Shown here: positions 46,664-56,331 of the stretch, one piece after another
Layout: each line of letters starts with the position of its first letter
Position numbering within the stretch: the first letter of the stretch is position 1
DNA from: Endomicrobiia bacterium
GTDB taxonomy: Bacteria > Elusimicrobiota > Endomicrobiia > DTEH01
Assembly (NCBI GenBank): GCA_025060535.1
Contig: JANXCA010000002.1
Span: forward strand, 1 to 62,923
Direction of reading: 5' to 3'
DNA length: 62,923 nucleotides
Notes under the pieces: model-generated
Told to the model about the DNA's origin: nothing
What the model saw: the letters and a program-made list of their open reading frames with translations, nothing else
Database searches by the model: none
Position numbers and translations under genes: made by a program

Positions 46664-47511
46664 TTCTTTCTCCTATTTTTAAATTCTTTCTCTTCTATTT
46701 CAAACTCATCCATAAACTTCTTTTTCTTTTCAAATATCTCTTTTTTAAATTTTTCTTTATGTTTTCTTATCCATTCATCTCTTTGCTTCTTAAATTTCTC
46801 AAAATTTTCTCTGTATTCTTTTGTACATTTTAAAAAATCATCTACTACTGTTCTTTTGTATTCTAACATATTAAAAGTCAAATCTATCACTGCTGGAGTT
46901 GTAACATCATAAGAAAAAGTAGTTTGTTTTCTCTCAGGAATAACTATTCTTTTTCTTTTTAACTCCTCCATTTCATATTCTTCCTCATCTAATTTTAAAA
47001 GTTCTTCTACATCTAATTTATCTATATAACCTTCAACCTCCCCTTCAAAGACAGCAACATTTGTGCTGTAGTCATCTTTAACATTTATATAAAATACAGT
47101 TCCCCTTACAGAAGCAACCATAGTAGGTGTGATTATATGTAAAGAATCTAATTGATATTTCTCTTTAAAAACCTCCACATCTACAATAGAAGCGCCTTGA
47201 AAAATTTCAAGCATCATTTTTGTTTTCTTTTTCCCTTCGGAAAATTTAAAATCAATTTTTTTAAAATCTAAATTACAATTCTCTTCAACCCTTAAAGATA
47301 TACCATTTTCAAATAATAATTCAACAAAAGAAGAAGAAAAAGTTTTTAATTTATCTTCTACATATACAGGCATATATTTTTCTACTTCTAATTTTTTATC
47401 TAATCTTATTATCACCGCTTTTCCTTTTAATCTAGTGATAACTGCTATTGGATTTTGATCGGAATAAAGAAAAGAAACCAAAAATAAAAGAATAAAATAA
47501 ATATTTTTCAT
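46660..47511 (-). CDS. FecR-domain secreted protein with K/E-rich C-terminal tail
   Basis: Signal peptide. FecR-like pattern G.A.I......V....PVYVEDKL.T...S.VELLFENGISLRVEENCNL. The C-terminal roughly 60 aa are a charged, coiled-coil-like tail. Confidence 0.5.
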   Translation of the reverse strand: MKNIYFILLFLVSFLYSDQNPIAVITRLKGKAVIIRLDKKLEVEKYMPVYVEDKLKTFSSSFVELLFENGISLRVEENCNLDFKKIDFKFSEGKKKTKMMLEIFQGASIVDVEVFKEKYQLDSLHIITPTMVASVRGTVFYINVKDDYSTNVAVFEGEVEGYIDKLDVEELLKLDEEEYEMEELKRKRIVIPERKQTTFSYDVTTPAVIDLTFNMLEYKRTVVDDFLKCTKEYRENFEKFKKQRDEWIRKHKEKFKKEIFEKKKKFMDEFEIEEKEFKNRRKK

Positions 47512-48200
47512 ACACTTTTAACTTTCCTAATAAAAGATTTCATTTTTTCAAAATCTTTTCTTCTTGGTAACCTCTCTACCCCAGAAGCAACATCTATACC
47601 CCAAGGTTCTAAAAATTTAACAACCTCATCAACATTTTCAGGAGTAAGACCTCCTGCTATAAAAAAATTTATATAATTACCATCTTCATTCATCATTCCT
47701 TTTATTTGTTTAACTACAGACCAACTAAATGTTTTACCTGTACCTCCCATTTCATTTTCTATATAAGTATCAAACAGTAAATAATCTACATAATTTAGAT
47801 AACTTTTTATTTTGTTGTATAAATCTAATACATAATCATTTATTTCTTGCTGCTGGAGGTCTTGTTCGGGTTTAATTTTAAAAACTTTTATTATTTTTAA
47901 AAAAGAACATTCTAACTTTAACTGATTACAATAGTCTGGAGTCTCTTCACCATGAAGCTGAACATAACTAACATTTAATTTTTTGCAAATTTTCACAATA
48001 TTTTTAATATCTTCATTAACAAAAACACATACAACAGAACTATACTGTGGGATACTACTTACTATCTCTTTAGCATTATTTAAAGAGACTTTCCTTATAG
48101 AATTTTTGACAAAGTTTAATCCTATAAAATCAGCACCCAAACTTGAAGCCCAAAACGCATCTTCTTTATTTGTTATCCCACAAATTTTAACTTTCGTCAT
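47508..48200 (-). CDS. trpF: Phosphoribosylanthranilate isomerase
   Basis: KVKICGIT, VQLHG, GGTGKTFSW, IDVASGVE. Confidence 0.85.
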   Translation of the reverse strand: MTKVKICGITNKEDAFWASSLGADFIGLNFVKNSIRKVSLNNAKEIVSSIPQYSSVVCVFVNEDIKNIVKICKKLNVSYVQLHGEETPDYCNQLKLECSFLKIIKVFKIKPEQDLQQQEINDYVLDLYNKIKSYLNYVDYLLFDTYIENEMGGTGKTFSWSVVKQIKGMMNEDGNYINFFIAGGLTPENVDEVVKFLEPWGIDVASGVERLPRRKDFEKMKSFIRKVKSV

Positions 48201-48207
48201 AATTACT

Positions 48208-49011
48208 TTAACTTATTAAACTTAAAACTGCTTCTTTAATATTTAATGATTTCATAAAGTAACTTCCTATTAGAACCCCATCGACTCCTAAATCATAAAG
48301 ATATTTCATCTCTTTTGAGGAGGAAATCCCACTTTCAGAAATAATTATACTACCTTTGGGAATATATTTTAAAAGTTTTTCTGTAGTAGTAATATCTACC
48401 TCAAATGTTTGCAAATTTCTATTATTTATTCCAAAAATTTCTAATCCAAGGTCTAAAACTTTATCTATATCTTCTTTATTATGGACCTCTATTAACACCT
48501 CTAAATTAAAATTTTTAGCTATATTATAGAAACTTCTAATTTGTGCATTATCTAAAATAGTAGCGATCAAAAGAATCGCATCTGCTTGATGATAAACACT
48601 TTCATAAACTTGATACTCATCTATTATAAAATCCTTTCTTAAAATAGGTAAAGAGACTTTTATCCTTGCTTTTTTTAGATGAGAAATATCACCTAAAAAA
48701 TAATTTTCTTCTGTTAAAACAGATATAGCATCCACATATTTGCAGCTATAATACTCTTCTACTATTTCCTCTATATCGTAATTTTCTCTTAATATTCCAG
48801 AGGAAGGAGTAGCTTTTTTACATTCTGCTATAAGAGACAATCTATCAGGTTTTCTTTTTACTGCTTCTTTAAAATTTCTATTTTTATAATCATTTTTTTC
48901 AATCTCATCCAAAATTTTTTTCAAAGGAAGAATTTGTTTTTTAAGATTCACTTTTTGAAATTTTTTTTCTATAATTTTTTCTAATATAGAATTTAATTTT
49001 ACATTACTCAT
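48208..49011 (-). CDS. trpC: Indole-3-glycerol phosphate synthase
   Basis: IAECKKATPSSG, LRKDFIIDEYQ, GINNRNLQTFEV, ISESGI. Confidence 0.9.
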   Translation of the reverse strand: MSNVKLNSILEKIIEKKFQKVNLKKQILPLKKILDEIEKNDYKNRNFKEAVKRKPDRLSLIAECKKATPSSGILRENYDIEEIVEEYYSCKYVDAISVLTEENYFLGDISHLKKARIKVSLPILRKDFIIDEYQVYESVYHQADAILLIATILDNAQIRSFYNIAKNFNLEVLIEVHNKEDIDKVLDLGLEIFGINNRNLQTFEVDITTTEKLLKYIPKGSIIISESGISSSKEMKYLYDLGVDGVLIGSYFMKSLNIKEAVLSLIS

Positions 49012-50068
49012 TAGTATATTTTTTAAGAAGTTCTAACTTTCTTAATGCATATCCTTTTTCAATTGAGTCAATTGCTAACTTTATTCCTTCTTCAATACTT
49101 TTTACTTTATTTGCAGCTAATAAGGCAAATGCTGAATTTAATAAAACCACATCTCTTTTAGGACCTTTTTCCTTACCCGAGAGTATATCTAAAATAATTT
49201 TAGCGTTTTCTTGTGGAGTAGAACCTCTGAGTTGCTCTAAAGAGGCTCTTTTTATTCCATATTTTTCAGGATAAACATTAAAAAAATCAATCTTGCCATC
49301 TTTTATTTCTGCTATAATTGTTTCACCAGTTATACTTATCTCATCAGTTCTGTCTTCTTTTCCATAAACTACAAATCCGTGTTTTATATTTAAATTTTTC
49401 AAAACTTCTGCAACAATCTTAACTAACTCTTCAGAGTAAACTCCTAAAACTTGAGCGTTCGCAAATGCTGGATTTGATAAGGGACCTATTATATTAAAAA
49501 TCGTTCTTATACCTATTTGTCTCCTCGGACCTATAGCATACTTCATAGCAGGATGCCACAAAGGAGCAAACAAAAAAACTATTCCTATTTCTGATAAACA
49601 CTTCTCAGCTTGTTCTTTTGTGATCTCAAGTTTTATTCCCAACTGTTCTACTACATCTGCAGAACCACATAAAGAAGAAATACTCCTATTACCATGTTTT
49701 GCAACAAACACACCACAACCCGAAACTACAAAAGCAACTGCAGTAGATATGTTAAATGTGTTAGAAGAATCACCTCCTGTACCGCAAGTATCTAAAATAG
49801 TATCATAATCAACTTTAGTAATTTCTTTATCAATATATCTGTCCCTTATTAATCTCACAGGTATCATAAATTGTCTTAATACTTTAACCGCAGCAGTTAT
49901 CTCTTGAGGTGTTTCTTTCTTCATTCTTAAAGCTGTAATAAATGAAGCAATCTGAGCTTCAGTAGCTAAACCAGACATAATCTCTGTCATTACCTCAATC
50001 ATTTCCTGTTCTTTTAAATCTTCTTTATTTACTACTTTCTGTATCGCTTCTTTTATCATATTATTCAC
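49004..50068 (-). CDS. trpD: Anthranilate phosphoribosyltransferase
   Basis: DTCGTGGDSSNTFNIST, KHGNRSISS. Confidence 0.9.
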   Translation of the reverse strand: MNNMIKEAIQKVVNKEDLKEQEMIEVMTEIMSGLATEAQIASFITALRMKKETPQEITAAVKVLRQFMIPVRLIRDRYIDKEITKVDYDTILDTCGTGGDSSNTFNISTAVAFVVSGCGVFVAKHGNRSISSLCGSADVVEQLGIKLEITKEQAEKCLSEIGIVFLFAPLWHPAMKYAIGPRRQIGIRTIFNIIGPLSNPAFANAQVLGVYSEELVKIVAEVLKNLNIKHGFVVYGKEDRTDEISITGETIIAEIKDGKIDFFNVYPEKYGIKRASLEQLRGSTPQENAKIILDILSGKEKGPKRDVVLLNSAFALLAANKVKSIEEGIKLAIDSIEKGYALRKLELLKKYTNE

Positions 50069-50082
50069 TTTTAATTTTTAAA

Positions 50083-51450
50083 TTATCCGTTTCTAATTTT
50101 CTCTATCATCCTGTTTAAAATTTGTGCATAATAAGGATTGTAAGCAATAAGTTCTCTTATCTTAGTATATGCATGATATGCAGTTGTATGATCTTTTCTA
50201 CCAAAACTCTCTGCAATTTCTAAATATGATAAATCGGTAAGTTTCTTAGCTAAATACATACCAAACTGCCTAGGTAAAGCAAGTGCGTCTGTTCTTTTTT
50301 TAGATAAAAGTTCATTTTTAGATATCTTAAATTCTTCTGCAACAACTTCTATTATCTTTTGGATACTTATAGGTTTGGGTTGAGGTTCTATTATGTCCTT
50401 TAAAATCTCCTTTACTGTATCTATAGTTAAAGGTAAGTTTTCCGTAATCGCTTTAGCAACTACTTTAAGCAATGCACCTTCTAAACGTCGTATATTTTCT
50501 GTAATGTTTTCAGCAATATATCTTAAAACATCTTCGGGAACAAAAATTTTTTGTTTTTGAGATTTATGTTTTAAAATCGCTAACCTAAGTTCTAATGAAG
50601 GTCTCCCTATATCTGCTATAACTCCCCACTCAAACCTACTTATTAGACGTTCTTCTATTCCTTTTAGTTCTTGAGGTTTTCTGTCAGAGGTAATTATAAT
50701 CTGTTTTTTATTATCAAACAAAATATTAAATATATGGAAAAACTCCTCTTGTGATTTTTCCTTCCCAATAAGAAACTGTACATCATCTAAGAGCAAAGCT
50801 ATTGCATTTTGAAATTTTGACCTAAAAGAATCTATCTTACCATTTTGAAGAGCAGATATATAATCAGAAACAAATTTATCAGCAGTAATATAAGCTATAC
50901 GAAATTTTCTTGACATCTCTAACATCTTGTTTCCAACAGCATGTAAAAGATGCGTTTTTCCTAAACCCACTGGTGCATAAATGAAAATAGGATTATATGC
51001 AGAACCCGGCTGTTTGGCTGCTGTTTCACATACTGCTTTTGCAAACCTATTAGATTCATCAGTTATGAAATTTTCAAAGGTATATTCGGGATTAAATGTT
51101 TCCTTTAACACAAATACTTTTTCAGGAATATACTCATAATCTATCTTTTGTTCTGGTGTAAGTTCTTGACTTTGTGAAATATCGTATATGTAATCTATCT
51201 TAATCTCTAAAAGTTCAGAAGAATTTAACTCCTCACTTATAACAGACCTAATTTTTTCTAAATAACCATTAGAAACTAACCAATCTGAAAAATATTTATT
51301 AGGCACAACAATTGTAACAGAATTTTCATCTACTTCTTTAATTGATAAAGGCGAAACCCACAACTCTAACTTTTGTGGATCTAAATCGCCAAAAACTTTA
51401 TTTTTTACCTTTTCCCATAAATTTTGGACATCTAATTCTTGTTTATTCAT
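50083..51450 (-). CDS. dnaA: Chromosomal replication initiator protein DnaA
   Basis: AAA+ Walker A VGLGKTHLLHAVGN, LLLDDVQFL, SDRKPQEL, C-terminal DNA-binding domain with GRKDHTTAYHAYTKI. Confidence 0.95.
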   Translation of the reverse strand: MNKQELDVQNLWEKVKNKVFGDLDPQKLELWVSPLSIKEVDENSVTIVVPNKYFSDWLVSNGYLEKIRSVISEELNSSELLEIKIDYIYDISQSQELTPEQKIDYEYIPEKVFVLKETFNPEYTFENFITDESNRFAKAVCETAAKQPGSAYNPIFIYAPVGLGKTHLLHAVGNKMLEMSRKFRIAYITADKFVSDYISALQNGKIDSFRSKFQNAIALLLDDVQFLIGKEKSQEEFFHIFNILFDNKKQIIITSDRKPQELKGIEERLISRFEWGVIADIGRPSLELRLAILKHKSQKQKIFVPEDVLRYIAENITENIRRLEGALLKVVAKAITENLPLTIDTVKEILKDIIEPQPKPISIQKIIEVVAEEFKISKNELLSKKRTDALALPRQFGMYLAKKLTDLSYLEIAESFGRKDHTTAYHAYTKIRELIAYNPYYAQILNRMIEKIRNG

Positions 51451-51453
51451 ATG

Positions 51454-51494
51454 TGTGGATAACTATGTGGATAACTTTAGTTTCTTGTGGATTT
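51454..51494 (-). promoter_or_regulatory. DnaA-box cluster immediately upstream of the dnaA start codon
   Basis: Two perfect TTATCCACA boxes on the coding (minus) strand at 51462..51454 and 51474..51466, with a 12-bp spacing. One 7/9 box (AAATCCACA) at 51494..51486 overlaps the rsmA stop codon. The proximal box ends 3 nt before the dnaA ATG. Confidence 0.6.
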
Positions 51495-52294
51495 TACATA
51501 AATTTACTTAATTTTTCAGTTATTTTTTTATATTTATATATATCCACTTCATTAGGACGACTATCAGATTTTATACCTAAATCTATAAGGATTTTGTTTA
51601 ATAAGTTTTTTTCTAAATTTAGCTCTAAACATAAAGAATTTAAAAGTGTCTTTCTTTTATGTTTAAATGATAAATCAATTATTTTTAACATAAGTTCTTT
51701 ATATTTAAAATCAGAAAATTCTAAGTTGGGTAAAAACTTTAAAACAGCCGAGTTAACTTTAGGTTGAGGATAAAAATTTCTCCTTGAAACATCACAAACT
51801 TTTTCTACTTTACTATAAAAATTTGAAATCAAAGTCAACTTACAAAAAAACTTGCTTCCTACATCTGCTAAAACTTTTTCAGCCACTTCTTTCTGCAACA
51901 TAATAACACATATTTTCCATAAGTAATTTGACACAAATATTTTATGCAGGATCTCTGAAGTTATGCTATAAGGAATATTTCCAACTATCTTAAAATTCTG
52001 TGTACTGAATCTTTCAAGATCAAGTTTTAAAAAATCTAAATTTATTACCTCTAAATTTGAATAAGAACAAAACTTCTCTTTTAAAAAATTCGCCAAATTG
52101 GTAGAAATTTCCACTACATAGATTTTTTTTACTTTATCTACAATCTTTTCTGTAAGGGCACCCTTGCCCCCTCCTATTTCTAAAACTATATCTTGTTTAG
52201 ATAAATCTAAGGCATCTACGATTTTGTCTATTATATTTTTATTAATTAAAAAATGCTGACCCAAATCCATTATTTCTACTTCATTTACCAACAC
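51494..52294 (-). CDS. rsmA: 16S rRNA (adenine1518/1519-N6)-dimethyltransferase RsmA/KsgA
   Basis: LGQHFLINKNIIDKIV, LEIGGGKGALTEK, VGNIPYSITSEI. The track start is a GTG. The ATG at 52270 (MDLGQHFL) is an alternative. Confidence 0.9.
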   Translation of the reverse strand: MLVNEVEIMDLGQHFLINKNIIDKIVDALDLSKQDIVLEIGGGKGALTEKIVDKVKKIYVVEISTNLANFLKEKFCSYSNLEVINLDFLKLDLERFSTQNFKIVGNIPYSITSEILHKIFVSNYLWKICVIMLQKEVAEKVLADVGSKFFCKLTLISNFYSKVEKVCDVSRRNFYPQPKVNSAVLKFLPNLEFSDFKYKELMLKIIDLSFKHKRKTLLNSLCLELNLEKNLLNKILIDLGIKSDSRPNEVDIYKYKKITEKLSKFM

Positions 52295-53747
52295 AAAATC
52301 TTGAAAATATAATTTCTAAAACATCCTCTGTAATGTCTATTCCTATTATCTTTTTTAATTCAACTAAAGCATTTCTTAAATCTTCAGCCACTATTTCTGC
52401 TTCTTTAGGCAACTCCTTCGTAAGAGAATTACTTACATAAAGATAGACTTTTTCTAAAATATCAAGTTGTCTTAAGTTTGTAACAAAAACTCCTTCATTA
52501 ACATCTTGAGTATTTAATTTTTTGCTTATATCAAAAATATCAGAAATTTTTTGTTGTAAATCTCTTATTCCCTCCTTCCTTAAGCAAGAAATAAATACAG
52601 CTTCTTTGTTTATTTCAGTAGGATCTTTAATATCTCTAAAGAAGACTTTCTTATATAAATCTTTAAATTTATTAAAATTGTCAAAAATTTTAAGTGGTTT
52701 ATCATTTTTATTTATTACTAACAAAACAATTTTATTATTTACCTTTTTAACTTCCTCACTAATAAACTCTGCTACTAAAAAATCATTTTCATCAATTTCT
52801 ATAGAACCATCTAATACAAATAAGATAATATCTGCCTGTTTTATAGCATCTTTTGTTCTTTCCATTCCTATTTTTTCAATTATATCCTGCTGATGTTGTC
52901 TTATACCAGCTGTATCTACTATTCTTATGGGTAAACCATTTAAGTTAATGGTTTCTGAAATAGTATCTCTTGTAGTACCTGGTATCTCTGAAACAATAGC
53001 TCGGTCATAACTTAATAACATATTTAATAAACTTGATTTTCCTACATTCACTTTTCCTACAATCGCTAAATTTATCCCTGTAAGTATTGGTGTAATTTTT
53101 TTTGAATTTTCTATTAATACCGAAATTTCTTCTTTTACTCTCATAATATCTCTGCTTACACATAAATAATCTATATTCTGCGAATCATCTTCTTGAGGAT
53201 ATTCAATTCCTAAATTTATTACAGCCATGATTTCTTCAATATCTTTTATTATTTTTTGGATATTTTGCTTAGTTTTACCAAGAAGTGAATTTACAAATAT
53301 TTGATTTTGTATCTCCGACTGAGAAAAAATAAGATCACATACTGCTTCTGCTTGTGTTAGATCAATTCTTCCATTTAAAAAAGCTCTTTTAGTAAATTCT
53401 CCAGGTTCAGCAATTCTGGCACCTTTTTTAACACATAACTCTAAAACTTTCTTTAGTACCCACACACCTCCGTGACAACTAAACTCTACTACATCTTCAC
53501 AAGTATAACTATGAGGTGCTCTCATTATCGTCACAAGTACCTCATCTATTACTTTACCATCCTCAACAATGTATCCTAAATGGGTGGTAAATGTTTTAAG
53601 ATGAGACAATATTTTAGACTTATTTTTAGGTACAAAAATTTCTTCTGCAATTTTAAAAGAGTCCTTTCCACTTAATCTAACTATACCCAAACCACTAAAA
53701 CCTAAAGGGGTAGAAATAGCCACTATTGTGTCATCTAATAGCGACAT
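52281..53747 (-). CDS. mnmE: tRNA modification GTPase MnmE
   Basis: DTIVAISTP N-terminus, G1 motif GKVNVGKSSLLN, DTAGIR, C-terminal FCVGK. Confidence 0.95.
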   Translation of the reverse strand: MSLLDDTIVAISTPLGFSGLGIVRLSGKDSFKIAEEIFVPKNKSKILSHLKTFTTHLGYIVEDGKVIDEVLVTIMRAPHSYTCEDVVEFSCHGGVWVLKKVLELCVKKGARIAEPGEFTKRAFLNGRIDLTQAEAVCDLIFSQSEIQNQIFVNSLLGKTKQNIQKIIKDIEEIMAVINLGIEYPQEDDSQNIDYLCVSRDIMRVKEEISVLIENSKKITPILTGINLAIVGKVNVGKSSLLNMLLSYDRAIVSEIPGTTRDTISETINLNGLPIRIVDTAGIRQHQQDIIEKIGMERTKDAIKQADIILFVLDGSIEIDENDFLVAEFISEEVKKVNNKIVLLVINKNDKPLKIFDNFNKFKDLYKKVFFRDIKDPTEINKEAVFISCLRKEGIRDLQQKISDIFDISKKLNTQDVNEGVFVTNLRQLDILEKVYLYVSNSLTKELPKEAEIVAEDLRNALVELKKIIGIDITEDVLEIIFSRFCVGK

Positions 53748-53757
53748 AGTCTTTTAA

Positions 53758-54225
53758 TTAAACAGCTGAACTTTTTAATGTGATTCTAAATTTATATTCT
53801 AACAAAGATATTCTTTTTAAAAATGCTTCGAACAGAGTACACAAAGCATCATAAATTTCTTGTGAACTTACAAATTTTAAAATTTCTTTATTATTAAAAA
53901 TTATAACCACATCTATAGTTTCATCTTTTATATTCACATCAACCAATAATATATTTTCTTTTACGAAATCAAGAAGTTTTATTAGATAGAATTTAATAAT
54001 GTTTTCTATTTTGTCAAAATTAGGAAAAACCTTTATTTTTGCAGGTTTGCTTCCTTTTAATCCAAAAAGTCCTTTATAACCTTCAAACAAAACTTTTATC
54101 TTTAATTCATCTTTTGTCATTTTTAAAGAATTGACAGCCAACTTTATTGCTTCTTCTACAGAAGAAGCTTCAAACTCTTCTACAAAAATTGATTTGTATT
54201 TCTTAGAGACTTCTTCTTTTATCAT
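53758..54225 (-). CDS. jag: Jag-like protein (Jag_N + KH-like), short form
   Basis: N-terminal FEASSVEEAIKLAVNSLKMTKDELKIKV (Jag_N-like). Conserved position between yidC and mnmE. Only 155 aa. Confidence 0.6.
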   Translation of the reverse strand: MIKEEVSKKYKSIFVEEFEASSVEEAIKLAVNSLKMTKDELKIKVLFEGYKGLFGLKGSKPAKIKVFPNFDKIENIIKFYLIKLLDFVKENILLVDVNIKDETIDVVIIFNNKEILKFVSSQEIYDALCTLFEAFLKRISLLEYKFRITLKSSAV

Positions 54226-54238
54226 TACTTAAATAGAA

Positions 54239-55720
54239 TTATGACTTGGTTGACTGGGTAATTAAAAATTGTAGTCCTATAGAGAAAAGATTATTAATAA
54301 ACCAATAAAGGACTAATCCAGAAGGAAAACCAAAAAATAAAAATACAAAAATTATAGGCATTATTATTCCTATTGCCCTCTGTTGAGGATCTGAAAATGT
54401 ACCTGAAATTAACTGTTGAACAAACATAGAAACACCCATAAGAATAACTAATACAGGAATTCCAAAATTTAAACCAGGAATTACTAATTTATCTGGCTGT
54501 GAAAGATCTTTTATCCATAAAATAAAACTTGCTCCCCTTAAATCATACGTATTTCTTAGCATAGTAAACAAAGCCCAAAAAATTGGTATTTGTAAAATTA
54601 AAGGCAAACAACCTCCAAACGGATTTACTTTTTTTTCCTTATAAAGATTCATTATTTCTATATTAAGGCGCTTAGGATCATCTTTGTAAATTTTCTGCAG
54701 AAGTTGAACTTGTGGTTGAATTTGTCTCATTTTTACAGTGGCTTTTATAGAGTTGTAGGTTAATGGTAAAGTAAAAATTTGAATAATGATTGTTAAACCT
54801 ATTATTGCTAAACCATAGTTTTTGAATATATTATAAAGAAATGTTAATATATTATAAAACAACTTGCTTAAAGGAGCAAAAGTACCCCAATCTATTGTAT
54901 GAAAAAGTTTCTCAGGAGTTACTCTCAAAAGAGACACTTTTTTGGGTCCAAAAAACAATTTCATATTATAGTTTAATAATGGCTTAGTAACTATAGTTAC
55001 ATTTTTTGTTTTTTTGTTAACTTTTGTTATACTTATTTCATTTTCTAAATAATTTTTATCAAAAATCAGTGCTGCCATAAAATATCTGCTACTAACTGCT
55101 AACCATTTTATCTTATCATCTTCATAAAATTTACCTTTATCTATTTTTTCAACAGTTAAAATCTCCTTTTTAGATGTATCTTGTAATTTGCAAATATGAA
55201 CCGTATTAGGTTCAACCACAGGTTCATCAGATTGTACATGGCTTTCAAAAGCGATATTTAAAATTTTAGGTGTAGGTGTTTTTATTTCGTATAGAACAAA
55301 ATAAGGAGAATTATTGTTAATATAGTAAGTAAAACTTACTTTTTCTTTTTTAGAATAAAACTTAACAGATACTTCTTCATTTTGATAGGTGGTTAAAACA
55401 TCATATTTGTCAGTTAAATTAGCTGTTAAAATATCTTTATCTTCTTTGCATAATAAAATAAAGTCATCTTTATAGTCTTCTTTTATATATACTTCTCTTA
55501 TTCCTGCTGTGTATTTATTAAAAATAAATTTCAAATACTTTGTTTCTAATATATATGGTTCAAAAGGTAAATTAGAATTTATTAAATCTTCTTTTGCTTT
55601 TGTTTCCAATTTTTCTTTTACATTTTGTTTATTGTCAGAATGTGGTTTATAAAAAAAATACTGCCACAAAAATAAAAAAACCAAAGAAAGCCCTGCAGCT
55701 AATAACACTCTTTTTTCCAT
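54239..55720 (-). CDS. yidC: Membrane protein insertase YidC
   Basis: N-terminal TM segment, large periplasmic domain, and a conserved core with GCLPLILQIPIFWALF and a C-terminal TM bundle. Confidence 0.9.
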   Translation of the reverse strand: MEKRVLLAAGLSLVFLFLWQYFFYKPHSDNKQNVKEKLETKAKEDLINSNLPFEPYILETKYLKFIFNKYTAGIREVYIKEDYKDDFILLCKEDKDILTANLTDKYDVLTTYQNEEVSVKFYSKKEKVSFTYYINNNSPYFVLYEIKTPTPKILNIAFESHVQSDEPVVEPNTVHICKLQDTSKKEILTVEKIDKGKFYEDDKIKWLAVSSRYFMAALIFDKNYLENEISITKVNKKTKNVTIVTKPLLNYNMKLFFGPKKVSLLRVTPEKLFHTIDWGTFAPLSKLFYNILTFLYNIFKNYGLAIIGLTIIIQIFTLPLTYNSIKATVKMRQIQPQVQLLQKIYKDDPKRLNIEIMNLYKEKKVNPFGGCLPLILQIPIFWALFTMLRNTYDLRGASFILWIKDLSQPDKLVIPGLNFGIPVLVILMGVSMFVQQLISGTFSDPQQRAIGIIMPIIFVFLFFGFPSGLVLYWFINNLFSIGLQFLITQSTKS

Positions 55721-55738
55721 ATAACATCTATCTCCTCA

Positions 55739-55951
55739 TTAAGGAAAATCTACTCCACCACAATTAAAAGGATGACATTTTATTATTCTTAGAAATGTCT
55801 TATATAAACCCAGCACCACTCCATACTTATCTAAACATATCACTGCATATTCAGAACAAGTAGGAAAAAATCTACAATGTCGTCCTAAAAAAATAGAAAT
55901 ATATTTTTGATATAACTTTATAATAAATTTAAATATTTCCTTCATTGTCAT
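55739..55951 (-). CDS. yidD: Membrane protein insertion efficiency factor YidD
   Basis: YQKYIS....CRFFPTCSEYA....G...G.....RI.KCHPF. 70 aa. Confidence 0.9.
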   Translation of the reverse strand: MTMKEIFKFIIKLYQKYISIFLGRHCRFFPTCSEYAVICLDKYGVVLGLYKTFLRIIKCHPFNCGGVDFP

Positions 55952-56318
55952 TTATTATCAAACCTTTACTTCTAAGTGCTTTTATAAAACATGTTTCTAA
56001 AAATTTATATTTAGCTCTTACTGAATTTTTTGTGGCTATAATTATAATATCTATTGGTTGTAAAATTTTATGTTTTGATAATCTAAAGATCTCTCTGATT
56101 CTTCTTTTGAATTTATTCCTTTTAACAGCTAATTTTTCGACCTTGTTAGATACTAATACAGCAATACGAGGGAATTTATAGTTAGGATTTCTATATAAAT
56201 AAACAATCAATCCATCAACAAAAATCTTTTCACCCTTTTCAATAACATCCTTAATTTCTTTATACTTTGAAATCCTCTCATATTTCTTAAATGTAAATTT
56301 CCTTTTCTTTTCATTCAT
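55929..56318 (-). CDS. rnpA: Ribonuclease P protein component
   Basis: Basic RNR-like motif KRNKFKRRIREIFR. Located directly downstream of rpmH. Confidence 0.85.
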   Translation of the reverse strand: MNEKKRKFTFKKYERISKYKEIKDVIEKGEKIFVDGLIVYLYRNPNYKFPRIAVLVSNKVEKLAVKRNKFKRRIREIFRLSKHKILQPIDIIIIATKNSVRAKYKFLETCFIKALRSKGLIINDNEGNI

Positions 56319-56331
56319 CTAATAAAAGAAT

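Noticed and set aside
46609-46912. Two overlapping plus-strand ORFs with striking F/L-rich repetitive translations (FFVLFFVLFLHSF...).
   Set aside because: They are the mirror image of the K/E-rich tail of the FecR-like protein and the KQKIKQKI start of Nfu on the minus strand. This is a compositional artefact, not a gene or a DNA repeat array.
51451-51493. Possibility that the dnaA-upstream DnaA boxes mark oriC itself.
   Set aside because: - The spacer is only 43 bp.
- There is no adjacent AT-rich unwinding element outside coding sequence.
- Genes on both sides keep the same orientation.
- Autoregulatory boxes are the more economical reading. A genome-wide skew analysis is needed to be sure.
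53758-54225. The Jag protein is only 155 aa and seems to lack the C-terminal R3H domain.
   Set aside because: I cannot verify the domain boundaries by eye, and short Jag variants may be common. A Pfam scan would be needed before treating this as meaningful.
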